From contig CAYVQU010000006.1 of assembly GCA_964453155.1 (NCBI GenBank), positions 5,059-69,058 of the forward strand: DNA of 64,000 nt, in the 5' to 3' direction. Position numbers and translations under genes: made by a program. Source of the DNA: an uncultured Anaerolineales bacterium (lineage in GTDB: Bacteria; Chloroflexota; Anaerolineae; Anaerolineales; UBA11858). Positions 17,134 to 26,449 of the stretch are shown one piece after another. Each line of letters opens with the position of its first letter. Position 1 is the stretch's first letter. The notes below the pieces were generated by a model. That model worked only from the letters and a program-made list of their open reading frames with translations, did no database searches and was not told the DNA's origin.

Positions 17134-18255
17134 TTATTTCAGAGCTGCGACTCTTCTTTTCTCCACCGCAGCTAACAAATCAGTGAACGCCTCAACAAAT
17201 GCCGCTACACCCTTATTTTCCAATTCCTGAGTAACTTCCGCCATTGAAATGCCTAAATCGGCGACATCGCTCATGGCAGCTTTGGCAGCTTCCAGATCAG
17301 ATTCCAGGGTTAATTCCGCGACACCCACTTCAGCGAACAATTCCAAGGTCTTCGGCGGTACTGTGTTGATGGTGTTCGGACCGATAAGTTGATCCACATA
17401 CATCGTTTGAGGGAATTCAGGGTTTTTTGTGCTGGTGGAAGCCCATAGGGCCCTTTGTACGCGGGCTCCATCTTCTTCCACTCGCTTCCAGCAAGTATCG
17501 TTGAAGAAATTTTTATGCATTTCAAAAGCCAGTTTGGCATTGGCAATCGCAATTTTGCCAAACAACTCACGGGCATAGACCAATAGAATTTGGCCGTCAT
17601 CAACTCCGGCTTGCAAGAGATCATCTACCTGGGCATCAATTCGGGAGACAAAGAAACTCGCTACTGAAGCTACCTGACCCAATGGCAACCCCGCAGCCTG
17701 GCGCTGCTCTAACCCTGATTCATAAGCATCCATCACGGCAATATAGCGGTCGATCGAGAAAATTAAGGTTACATTGACATTGATCCCTGCCGCGATCGCT
17801 TGTCGAATGGCCGGTAACCCTTCCACCGTAGCTGGGATTTTGATCATCAAATTGGCGCGATCCACCAAATTCCACAAGCGTTGGGCCTCGACCAAAGTAC
17901 CGTCGGTATCGTGGGCCAAATAGGGGCTGACCTCCAAGCTGACATACCCATCTCCGCCATCGGTCTCATCATACAGCGGTCGGAATAAATCGCAAGCAGC
18001 CTGAATATCGGCAATTGCCAGGGCTTCGTAAATTTCTTCTTTCGACTTTCCAGCTTTCGCCAGCGGGATCAATTCGGCATCATAATCGGTCGATTTCGAA
18101 ATGGCATTATTAAAAATACTGGGATTCGAGGTCACGCCGCGAATTTCTCCCCGTTCGATCATCCCGGCTAATTCACCATTTTCCAACAACCGTCGTTCAA
18201 TATTGTCATACCAGATCGACTGACCAAAGCTGTGTAATTTTTCGATTGGGTTCAC
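17134..18255 (-). CDS. tal: Transaldolase
   Basis: QSIWYDNIERRLL...GVTSNPSIF...IKIPAT motifs. 373 aa. Confidence 0.9.
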   Translation of the reverse strand: MNPIEKLHSFGQSIWYDNIERRLLENGELAGMIERGEIRGVTSNPSIFNNAISKSTDYDAELIPLAKAGKSKEEIYEALAIADIQAACDLFRPLYDETDGGDGYVSLEVSPYLAHDTDGTLVEAQRLWNLVDRANLMIKIPATVEGLPAIRQAIAAGINVNVTLIFSIDRYIAVMDAYESGLEQRQAAGLPLGQVASVASFFVSRIDAQVDDLLQAGVDDGQILLVYARELFGKIAIANAKLAFEMHKNFFNDTCWKRVEEDGARVQRALWASTSTKNPEFPQTMYVDQLIGPNTINTVPPKTLELFAEVGVAELTLESDLEAAKAAMSDVADLGISMAEVTQELENKGVAAFVEAFTDLLAAVEKRRVAALK

Positions 18256-18321
18256 TATTCCTCCATAACTATGCTAGGGAGCAGTGGAGCTTAGGTGCAT
18301 GGGAGAGAAATCCCCTGCTCC

Positions 18322-18789
18322 TTATGCTTCGAAGCTCCCCTGCTCTAAATTTCGCACCTTACCTACTCGGCGCGCGTGGCGTTCCTCACCAGGATCATTG
18401 CCGACGAAGCGGGCGCCCAAAAACGCGGGGACCAATTCTTTGACAACTTCGGGACCGACAATCCTGCCACCCAGACAGAGTACGTTCATATCATCATGTT
18501 CCACGCCTTGATGAGCGGAGTAAGTGTCGTGGCAAATGGCCGCGTAGATTCCAGTCATCTTATTTGCCGCGATACAAGCCCCCACCCCTGACCCACAGAC
18601 TAACACCCCTCGATCTGCTGCGCCATTTTGAATTTTGCGACCAAGTTTCTCCACAAAATCAACATAATCGACTGATTCGGTGCTTTCGGTGCCCAGATCA
18701 ATAGCTTCATGTCCAGCAGCTTCTACTGCCGCGATAACGGTGGCTTTAATGGGATATCCAGCGTGATCAGATGCAATGGCTACACGCAT
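18322..18789 (-). CDS. rpiB: Ribose-5-phosphate isomerase B
   Basis: MRVAIASDHAGYPIK...VLVCGSGVGACIAANK. The ATG at 18789 follows a GGAG; the alternative ATG at 18801 sits at the end of the terminator U-tract. Confidence 0.9.
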   Translation of the reverse strand: MRVAIASDHAGYPIKATVIAAVEAAGHEAIDLGTESTESVDYVDFVEKLGRKIQNGAADRGVLVCGSGVGACIAANKMTGIYAAICHDTYSAHQGVEHDDMNVLCLGGRIVGPEVVKELVPAFLGARFVGNDPGEERHARRVGKVRNLEQGSFEA

Positions 18790-18800
18790 ATTTTTCTCCA

Positions 18801-18839
18801 TAAAAAAGGACCCGGGTTGCTTGGAGCAACCCGGGTCCT
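18801..18839 (-). terminator. Intrinsic-terminator-like hairpin between tkt and rpiB
   Basis: The minus strand reads AGGACCCGGGTTGC-TCCAA-GCAACCCGGGTCCT followed by TTTTTT, running straight into ATGGAGAAAAATATG (the rpiB start region). The stem sequence is related to the 17060 hairpin. Confidence 0.7.
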
Positions 18840-18846
18840 ACTATTT

Positions 18847-20853
18847 CTAGCTCAACAACTCTTTCGCCTGCGCAACCACATTCGCAACCGTCAACCCGTA
18901 TTCCTGGTAAACAACTTTCTGCGGAGCGGAAGCCCCAAATTTATCCACGGCCAGGATTGCGCCTCGCTCCCCCACCCACCGATGCCAACCTTGGGAGACT
19001 CCGGCTTCTACAGCTAGGCGTTTTGAAATTGAAGCTGGCAGAACTTCGTCAATATACTCCTGGCCCTGGGCTTCGAACAGTTCCCAACTTGGCATCGAGA
19101 TGAGGCGCACACTAACGCCTTCAGCGGCCAATTGTTCCGCGGCGCCAACGATAAGAGCAACTTCGGTTCCCGAGGACATCAAAATGATTTCAGGATCACC
19201 CGCCCCCAAATCAGCCAAGACATACGCGCCCTTATGTAGATTCTCAGCTGAGGAATATTTTTCACGATCCAAAGTCGGAACACCATGGCGAGAAAGCACT
19301 AAGGCGGTTGATCCATTTTGGCATTTGATGGCCGCTTTCCAGGCCTCAGCGACTTCGTTGGCATCGCCGGGTCGCAGGGTCACCAGATTGGGGATGGCCC
19401 GCAGGGCGGCAAAATGTTCCACCGGTTGGTGCGTGGGGCCGTCTTCACCAACACCGATGCTGTCATGGGTAAAGACCCAGATGCTCTGTAAATGCGACAA
19501 GGCCGCGATCCGCAGCGCCCCCCGCATATAATCCGAGAAGACCAGGAAAGTGCCGCCGTAAGGAATGACCCCACCGTGATAGGCCATTCCGTTTACCACC
19601 GCGCCCATGGCGTGCTCACGCACCCCAAAGTGGAAGTTGCGGCCTTCGGGGGTTCCTGCCTGAAAATCGACCTCACCGTCGATCCAAGTTTTGTTAGACG
19701 GCGCTAAATCAGCCGAACCACCCATCAAATCGGGAAGCGTACCCGCAATAGCGTTGATCACTTTTCCAGACGCGACTCGGGTGGCCATACCTTTATCATC
19801 TGCGGGGAAAACGGGGAGAGCGGTTTCCCAGTCTTCAGGCAGTTTACCAGTCAATCGTCGGGCTAACTCGGCTGCCAGCTCGGGGTAAGCAGCTTTGTAA
19901 TGCAGGAATTCGCCGTACCAATCTTCTTCAAATTTATCCCCTTTGGTGACAGCTGCTAAGAAATGTTCGGCGACATCATCAGGGATATAGAATTTCTCAG
20001 CCACCGGCCAGCCAATGGCTGCTTTTCCAGCGTCAATTTCATCCTGGGGCGGCGGTTCACCGTGGGCTTTAGGACTGTCTTGTAAAGTAGGGAGTCCATA
20101 GCCAATATGGGTCCGGCAAACGATAATTGAGGGTCGGGGATCGGCTTTGGCAGCGACAATCGCCGCGTCGATGGCCTCGACATCGTTTCCATCGGCCACT
20201 TTTTGGACGTGCCAGCCATATGCTTCGAACCGGGCGGCGCGGTCTTCGGTGAAAGCGATCTCGGTGGTACCATCGATGGAAATGTGATTATCATCGTAGA
20301 GATAAATCATCTTGCCCAATTTCAGGTGTCCGGCCAGCGAGGCCGCCTCAGCAGCGACGCCTTCCATCAAATCACCATCCGTCACAATAGCATAGACATA
20401 ATGATCGATGATCTCGTGGTCAGGCTGATTAAAACGGGCGGTGAGGTGGGCTTCGGCAATCGCCATCCCGACGCCGTTGGCGAACCCCTGCCCCAAGGGG
20501 CCGGTAGTCGTTTCGACGCCGGGAGTCACCCCAAATTCAGGGTGGCCAGGAGTAATACTGCCATATTGTCGAAAATCCTTGAGATCATCCAGGGTAACAT
20601 CGTAACCAGTCAGATGAAGCAAGGAATAAATCAGCATTGAGCCATGCCCGCCAGATAAGATGAACCGATCTCGATTGGCCCAGTTGGGATTTTTAGGATT
20701 GTGGCGTAGGTGCCGGGTCCAAATGGTATAGGCCATTGCTGCGCCCCCCATTGGCAAACCCGGATGACCTGAATTGGCTTTCCGTACCCCATCGACGGCT
20801 AAAAACCGGATGGTATTGATGGCGCGTTCTTGTAGTTCGGTTGATGTCGACAT
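18847..20853 (-). CDS. tkt: Transketolase
   Basis: [36 protein letters not shown]. The internal ATG at 20853 has a GGAGG RBS, so I rejected the ORF-track start at 20946. Confidence 0.95.
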   Translation of the reverse strand: MSTSTELQERAINTIRFLAVDGVRKANSGHPGLPMGGAAMAYTIWTRHLRHNPKNPNWANRDRFILSGGHGSMLIYSLLHLTGYDVTLDDLKDFRQYGSITPGHPEFGVTPGVETTTGPLGQGFANGVGMAIAEAHLTARFNQPDHEIIDHYVYAIVTDGDLMEGVAAEAASLAGHLKLGKMIYLYDDNHISIDGTTEIAFTEDRAARFEAYGWHVQKVADGNDVEAIDAAIVAAKADPRPSIIVCRTHIGYGLPTLQDSPKAHGEPPPQDEIDAGKAAIGWPVAEKFYIPDDVAEHFLAAVTKGDKFEEDWYGEFLHYKAAYPELAAELARRLTGKLPEDWETALPVFPADDKGMATRVASGKVINAIAGTLPDLMGGSADLAPSNKTWIDGEVDFQAGTPEGRNFHFGVREHAMGAVVNGMAYHGGVIPYGGTFLVFSDYMRGALRIAALSHLQSIWVFTHDSIGVGEDGPTHQPVEHFAALRAIPNLVTLRPGDANEVAEAWKAAIKCQNGSTALVLSRHGVPTLDREKYSSAENLHKGAYVLADLGAGDPEIILMSSGTEVALIVGAAEQLAAEGVSVRLISMPSWELFEAQGQEYIDEVLPASISKRLAVEAGVSQGWHRWVGERGAILAVDKFGASAPQKVVYQEYGLTVANVVAQAKELLS

Positions 20854-21121
20854 GATTGTTCCTCCAGTTGGTGTTGGTCTAATTTTACCGCGAGATAAGG
20901 GAACGTGAGGTGTAAAACGAGAAGCATGATGATTTCGATGACTCATGTTTCACGTTTCACTTTACCTGTCATATTTGCCATCACCCGCGCTTCAAAAACA
21001 CCATCTTTTAGCAAAAATCCATTCGATCTCAAATCAGGCAAATATGGTGGTCTTTGTTGCATTTCAACCCATATCTGGGGGTATTTTTATAGTAATTATC
21101 AGATTTGTCCCATTAGTACTG

Positions 21122-21157
21122 TTGTCATAGTGACAATGACAAATGTCAAAATGTCAC
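21122..21157. promoter_or_regulatory. Cluster of five TGTCA/TGACA half-sites in the tkt / hdrD-like divergent intergenic region
   Basis: TTGTCATAGTGACAATGACAAATGTCAAAATGTCAC. It contains the inverted pairs TTGTCA-N3-TGACAA and TGACA-N2-TGTCA. Confidence 0.45.
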
Positions 21158-21402
21158 ATGCTCTTTTACACTACAAAGAAACCTTCCCAAGACCGATACT
21201 TGTAACAGCGAAGCGCGCAACTTCCTATTCATTTAACAGTACATCCATCCACAACAAGCCCCGGAGCTTGGGGGTTGTCGCGGGTTAGTTGTGGTACTAT
21301 GTACAAAATTTCACAATCGCTCATCACGGAGGTTTATATGACTATTGCTGTAACACCTGCAAGAGCACCAGCTATCAACGCAACCCACCAGGAGGTGCCA
21401 AC

Positions 21403-22623
21403 ATGGTAACAACAACTGCCCCCCCCACTTCGTCATTTAGTAAAACCTTCTTCCAAAGCCTGTTTGACGGCACGGATGGCGAGCGATTCAAAGTTTGCCT
21501 GCAATGTGCCACCTGCAGCGGGGCCTGTCCATATGGCTATTTGATGGACTTTCCACCTGGAAGAATGATCTCGTACCTGCGGGCCGGCATGTTCGACAAG
21601 GTTCTGAATTCCGACTCGGTCTGGATGTGCGTATCCTGTTACGCCTGCACCGAAGTCTGCCCCTCGAAGATCCCCGTCACCCCCGGTTTGATGACCCGCG
21701 CCAAAGAAGAATTACTCCTGGCCGGGAATGTCCCCACCGAACTACAGAGCGCCCTGGAATTCTCCCAACGCTATGGCAATCCCCTGGGTGAATCTCCCCG
21801 CAAACGCTCGGAATGGGCTAAAGGCCTGGAACCAGCGGTCCCCATCATGCGCCGGGCCAAACGAGCGGTCGATGTACTCTGGTTCGTCGGCGATTATCCG
21901 TCCTACCACACTCGGGTTCAGCAGACCACAAAGGCCCTGTACAAAGTGCTCAATGCTCTGGGCATCGACTACGGCATCTTAGGGCCGGAGGAAAACAGCG
22001 ACGGCGATACCCAACGACTGGCAGGCGAACGCGGTTTGTTTGAAGTTTTGGCTGAAAAGAACGGCAAAGCTTTCAGCCGCTATGAATTTAGGGAGATCAT
22101 CACCAGTGATCCGCACGCCTATAATGCCATCAAGAATGAATACCCCGAACTGGGGATTGAATATCCGGTCAAGCACTACACCGAATTCCTGGCCGAACGT
22201 CTGGTCGATCTCAAGCCGTTGCTCAAGGAAGATGGGCTCAAGGAAGATGGGCAGGAATTAACCGTGACCTATCACGATCCCTGCTACTTGGGCCGGGCCA
22301 ATGACGTTTATGACCAGCCCCGCGCCCTGTTGGAAGTTATTCCCGGGGTGAAACTGATCGAGATGTCGCACTCTCGCACCAACAGCCTGTGCTGTGGCGG
22401 CGGTGGCGGCGGTATGTGGCTCGACGGGTTCCAATGGGAGAAAGCCCACGCTCGGTTATCTGAATGGCGGGTGAGAGAAGCTGTGAAAGCCGAAGCGGAC
22501 ATTCTGGCTGTCGCTTGCCCCTATGAACCCCCCCGCTTTGAAGACGCGACCAAGATGGTGGCTGGCGCGGAGGGACTAATTGTAAAAGATATCGTTGAAC
22601 TACTAGCAGACTCATTAAAGTAA
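21403..22623 (+). CDS. Soluble HdrD/GlpC-like Fe-S oxidoreductase (2x[4Fe-4S] plus 2 CCG domains)
   Basis: CLQCATCSGACP and CVSCYACTEVCP, then DPCYLGR and SLCCGGGGGG CCG motifs. ATG at 21403 with a GGAGG RBS. Confidence 0.8.
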   Translation: MVTTTAPPTSSFSKTFFQSLFDGTDGERFKVCLQCATCSGACPYGYLMDFPPGRMISYLRAGMFDKVLNSDSVWMCVSCYACTEVCPSKIPVTPGLMTRAKEELLLAGNVPTELQSALEFSQRYGNPLGESPRKRSEWAKGLEPAVPIMRRAKRAVDVLWFVGDYPSYHTRVQQTTKALYKVLNALGIDYGILGPEENSDGDTQRLAGERGLFEVLAEKNGKAFSRYEFREIITSDPHAYNAIKNEYPELGIEYPVKHYTEFLAERLVDLKPLLKEDGLKEDGQELTVTYHDPCYLGRANDVYDQPRALLEVIPGVKLIEMSHSRTNSLCCGGGGGGMWLDGFQWEKAHARLSEWRVREAVKAEADILAVACPYEPPRFEDATKMVAGAEGLIVKDIVELLADSLK

Positions 22624-22644
22624 GACGAGGAGAAAAATAACATC

Positions 22645-23412
22645 ATGACGCACATCGTGGTTACCGCCAAGCTGGTGCCTGATCTCGTCGAAGAACTTGA
22701 AATCGACGATACTGGCACCGCGTTGGACATGACCTGGTTGCGCCTGATCATCAACGAATTCGACGACCATGCCATTGAACAGGCAATACTACTCAAGGAG
22801 AAAATTGGAGGGGAAGTCACCGTTGTCGCTCCGGATATGGAGGGGATGGATGATGTATTGTTCACGGCGGCCGCTAAAGGCGCGGATCGCCTGATTAAAT
22901 TAACTGGCGACTTCGAAGAAGGTGCCAACAACCACGCCCTGGCCCGAGCCTACGCCGCCACGGTCAAAGACTTGAACCCTGATTTGATCTTGACCGGCGT
23001 GCAAGGCAACAACGACCTGGACGGCTCGGTTGGCCCCCTACTGGCTGAATATCTCGGGATGAGCTATGTCGGCTATGTCGCAGGGGTCGCGGTTGACGGT
23101 GGCACTGTCACTGTCCAGAAAGAATACCCCGGCGGGCTGATCGGCGAAGTTGAAGCCGCCTTGCCCACGGTATTAGGCATCCAGGCCGCTGAAGAACCGC
23201 CCCGCTATGTGGCGGTCAGCAAAGTCCGCCAGATGATGAAAACGGCGACTATCGCAGAACAAGATGTCGCCGACCTGGACACCAGCGGCGGGTTAGACGT
23301 CACCAGTATGTACCTGCCCGAAGCCGCCGAACGAGCCGAAATGCTCGATGGCGATGAAGAGGAGATCGCGGCCAAACTGGTCGAAATCTTCCAAGAAATT
23401 GGTGTGATGTAG
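22645..23412 (+). CDS. etfB: Electron transfer flavoprotein beta subunit
   Basis: MTHIVVTAKLVPDL...LILTGVQGNNDLDGSVGPLLAEYLG. 255 aa. Confidence 0.9.
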   Translation: MTHIVVTAKLVPDLVEELEIDDTGTALDMTWLRLIINEFDDHAIEQAILLKEKIGGEVTVVAPDMEGMDDVLFTAAAKGADRLIKLTGDFEEGANNHALARAYAATVKDLNPDLILTGVQGNNDLDGSVGPLLAEYLGMSYVGYVAGVAVDGGTVTVQKEYPGGLIGEVEAALPTVLGIQAAEEPPRYVAVSKVRQMMKTATIAEQDVADLDTSGGLDVTSMYLPEAAERAEMLDGDEEEIAAKLVEIFQEIGVM

Positions 23413-23425
23413 GAGGAGGCTGCAG

Positions 23426-24379
23426 ATGAACCAAAACATTTTTGTCATTGTCGAACACCTGCAAGGCCAAGTCACCGATACTTCCTACGTCATGCTGGCC
23501 GCAGCCCGCGAGCTGGCCCACAGCACCGGCGGCGAAGTCGTCGCGGTACTATTGGGTCACAACGCTCAAGATCTCGCCAACACTCTAGCCGCAGACAAAG
23601 TCCTTTACGGTGATGCATCTGCCCTGGCAGAATTCAGCGCCACCGCCTATCAGGATGCCCTGGGGGGTCTGATCAGCACAGAAGCCCCGCGCGCCGTGCT
23701 GTTCGGCAGCACCACCATCGGTACAGATGTTGCCGGTGTCCTCGCGGCCCGGCTGGGACTACCAATGGTCAGTTCCTGCCTCAAAGTCAGCGAGGAGGGC
23801 AAACTCGTCAGCCAGATTTGCGGCGGCAAAATTATTGCCGAAACCGATCTGGGTGAGACGACCACCATCGTCACCGTCATTCCCGGCGGCTACAAGCCGG
23901 AAGAAGGTCAAGATGCGGGTGCCCCCGTCTCCCCCGTGGATGTAACGGTTAGTGATTTGAAAGTCACCCTGAAAGGCTATATCGAACCCGAGGTCACCGA
24001 CGTCGATGTCACCAAAGAAGAGGTGCTGATCTCGGTCGGACGCGGGATCCAAACTGAAGATAATATCGAACTGGCTGAAGAATTAGCCGAATTGCTAGGC
24101 GGCGCCGTTTGCGCTTCCCGCCCGGTGGTCGATCAAGGCTGGCTGCCGATCTCACGGATGGTTGGAAAATCCGGAAATCTTGTTAAACCAAAGCTTTACT
24201 TAGCTTTAGGTATCAGTGGCGCTCCTGAACACGTCGAGGGGATGGCCGATGCCGAAAACATCATCGCCGTCAACATCGACCCTAACGCGCCAATCTTTGA
24301 TGTTGCCAAATATGGGGCAGAGGTCGATCTCTTCGACCTGGTTGACTACCTCATCGAGGCCATCGAGGATGCCGCTTAG
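23426..24379 (+). CDS. etfA: Electron transfer flavoprotein alpha subunit
   Basis: C-terminal FAD region LYLALGISGAPEHVEGM...IIAVNIDPNAPIF. 317 aa, no N-terminal ferredoxin domain. Confidence 0.9.
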   Translation: MNQNIFVIVEHLQGQVTDTSYVMLAAARELAHSTGGEVVAVLLGHNAQDLANTLAADKVLYGDASALAEFSATAYQDALGGLISTEAPRAVLFGSTTIGTDVAGVLAARLGLPMVSSCLKVSEEGKLVSQICGGKIIAETDLGETTTIVTVIPGGYKPEEGQDAGAPVSPVDVTVSDLKVTLKGYIEPEVTDVDVTKEEVLISVGRGIQTEDNIELAEELAELLGGAVCASRPVVDQGWLPISRMVGKSGNLVKPKLYLALGISGAPEHVEGMADAENIIAVNIDPNAPIFDVAKYGAEVDLFDLVDYLIEAIEDAA

Positions 24380-24403
24380 TGAAGGAGCAGAGGAGGAAAT
24401 ACG

Positions 24404-26446
24404 ATGCCTGAACGAGTAAATTACTGGGGTATCCCCCACACCTGGGGGGAACCCGAATATTATGTCTACGCCGTCATGTTTTTGGCGGCCTTCATCATGC
24501 TGGTCCGGTTCTTCCTGCGCGCCAGAGTGTGGTGGCAGGTTGGGCGGAACGAAACCCGTTGGGATCAACTCCATCTGCGAGTCTGGCGTCTTATCCAATA
24601 TGGGATCATCCAGACCAAGGTCCTGAAACAGCGCTATCCCGGCGTGATGCATGTGGCGATTGCCTGGGCCTTTTTTGTCTTCTTCTTGGGGACCGCCCTG
24701 GCTACCGTCCACGATCACTGGTTCGAATTTTTGTCGGGCGACGTGCTGTACCTCTATAAATTTGTCCTGGATGTGTTCACGGTCATTTTCTTTGTGGGCG
24801 CCGGGATGGCCATTTATCGCCGCTACTACCAAAAACCCAAACGCCTGACCCTGGAACCCGAGTTCACCCGGACGTTGGTGCTGCTCACCATAATCGTTCT
24901 GGGCGGGCTGCTGACCGAATCCTTCCGGCTGGCCGTCCAAAGACCGGCTGGCGCCTGGTCATCCCCCGCGGGCTGGATTGTGGCCCAATTGTGGATTTTG
25001 ACTGGGGCTTCTGATGCCGCGTTGACGAACTGGCATCTGGTTATATGGGTCATCCACTTATTGACGGTGGCGTTCACCATCAGCATGCTGCCGGTCGGCA
25101 CCATGCTCCACGCCCTGACGGGGCCGATGAACGCCTTTTTCTCCAAACTCGATCGTCCGATTGGAGAACTGGCACCCATCCCGGTTACTGCCGGGGGCGA
25201 ACCAATCTACGCCAGCAAATTGAGCGATCTCTCCTGGAAGCAGCTCCTGGATGCAGATGCCTGCACCGAATGCGGCCGCTGCCAGGATGCCTGCCCAGCT
25301 CATGATGCCGGAACGCCGCTCAACCCCAAAGAGTTGATGCTGACAATCCGCGATACCTTGAAGGCCGACGCCCGCGCCCTGATCGGGGCTAATGGAGATG
25401 GTCCGGTCTTTGTCGGGGAGAAATATTCCGAAGAAGCACTGTGGGCCTGTACGTCCTGCAGCTCTTGCATCAAGGAATGCCCGGTGCTGATCGAGCACCT
25501 GGATACGATTGTGGACTTCCGCCGCTACCTGATCATGGAAGGCATGGTGGATTCTGAACTCCAATCGGCGCTGGCCAACTTGGGGCGTTACGGCAACTCC
25601 TTTGGGAAATCCGAACGGATGCGAGCCCGCTGGACCCGTAAGATTCGACCTAAGATCACAGATGTCCGCAAAAAACCGGCCGAATACCTGTGGTTTGTCG
25701 GCGATTACGCCTCCTACAGCCCATCGGTCACCGAAACGACGATGAAGACCGTCGAGGTCTTCCGCGCGGCCGATATTGATTTCGGCATCCTATACGAAGC
25801 CGAAGCCAATTCCGGCAACGATGTCCGTCGTGTCGGTGAAGAGGGCTTGTTCGAGATGCTGGTCGAGAAGAATATGATGGCCTTTGAGAAGAGCGATTAC
25901 CAGGCCATCGTCACCACCGACCCGCATTCCTACAATACGATCAAGAACGAATACCCCCAAAATGGGAACGGTGAAAAACCGGTCCTACACTATACCGAAC
26001 TACTGGATCAACTGATCACCTCGGGTCAGCTCAAGTTTACAAAGAATCTGGGCTACAAAGTCACCTACCAGGACCCCTGCTATCTCGGCCGATACAACGG
26101 CATTTACGACGCCCCTCGCCGGGTGATCGAAGCCACGGGTTGTGAAGTGATCGAGATGCCCCGCCACGGCGAACAGGCGTTCTGCTGCAGTGCCGGCGGT
26201 GGCCGGATCTGGATGGAAGAGGGCGAGATCGACCAACGTCCCAGTGAAGCCCGAATTAGAGAGGCCGCCAACCTGGAGGGCGTCAATGCCTTCGTGGTGG
26301 CCTGCCCCAAAGACATCACCATGTTCAAAGATGCGGTCAAGACCGCCGGCGAAGAAGATAATATCGTCGTCAAGGATTTGATCGATCTGGTCCATGAGGC
26401 GATGGAGTTGGATGTCGAATTGGTTGAAGAAGAGGTTACAGCCTAG
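24404..26446 (+). CDS. Membrane-bound Fe-S oxidoreductase: NarI/DsrM/HdrE-like TM domain fused to an HdrD/DsrK-like module (EMO-type)
   Basis: N-terminal multi-TM region with conserved His (GVMHVAIAW, VIHLLTV). It also has CTECGRCQDACP and CTSCSSCIKECP motifs, plus DPCYLGR and FCCSAGGG CCG motifs. Confidence 0.8.
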   Translation: MPERVNYWGIPHTWGEPEYYVYAVMFLAAFIMLVRFFLRARVWWQVGRNETRWDQLHLRVWRLIQYGIIQTKVLKQRYPGVMHVAIAWAFFVFFLGTALATVHDHWFEFLSGDVLYLYKFVLDVFTVIFFVGAGMAIYRRYYQKPKRLTLEPEFTRTLVLLTIIVLGGLLTESFRLAVQRPAGAWSSPAGWIVAQLWILTGASDAALTNWHLVIWVIHLLTVAFTISMLPVGTMLHALTGPMNAFFSKLDRPIGELAPIPVTAGGEPIYASKLSDLSWKQLLDADACTECGRCQDACPAHDAGTPLNPKELMLTIRDTLKADARALIGANGDGPVFVGEKYSEEALWACTSCSSCIKECPVLIEHLDTIVDFRRYLIMEGMVDSELQSALANLGRYGNSFGKSERMRARWTRKIRPKITDVRKKPAEYLWFVGDYASYSPSVTETTMKTVEVFRAADIDFGILYEAEANSGNDVRRVGEEGLFEMLVEKNMMAFEKSDYQAIVTTDPHSYNTIKNEYPQNGNGEKPVLHYTELLDQLITSGQLKFTKNLGYKVTYQDPCYLGRYNGIYDAPRRVIEATGCEVIEMPRHGEQAFCCSAGGGRIWMEEGEIDQRPSEARIREAANLEGVNAFVVACPKDITMFKDAVKTAGEEDNIVVKDLIDLVHEAMELDVELVEEEVTA

Positions 26447-26449
26447 ATT

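Noticed and set aside
20854-20946. ORF-track N-terminal extensions of tkt, and similar extensions at 3109-3192, 21289-21402, 33992-34039, 43126-43170, 44108-44218, 46590-46646, 48804-48890, 59635-59763 and 62674-62721.
   Set aside because: In each case an internal ATG is preceded by a GGAGG-type RBS, or overlaps the upstream stop, and begins the conserved family N-terminus. Several extensions read through repeat elements or hairpins.
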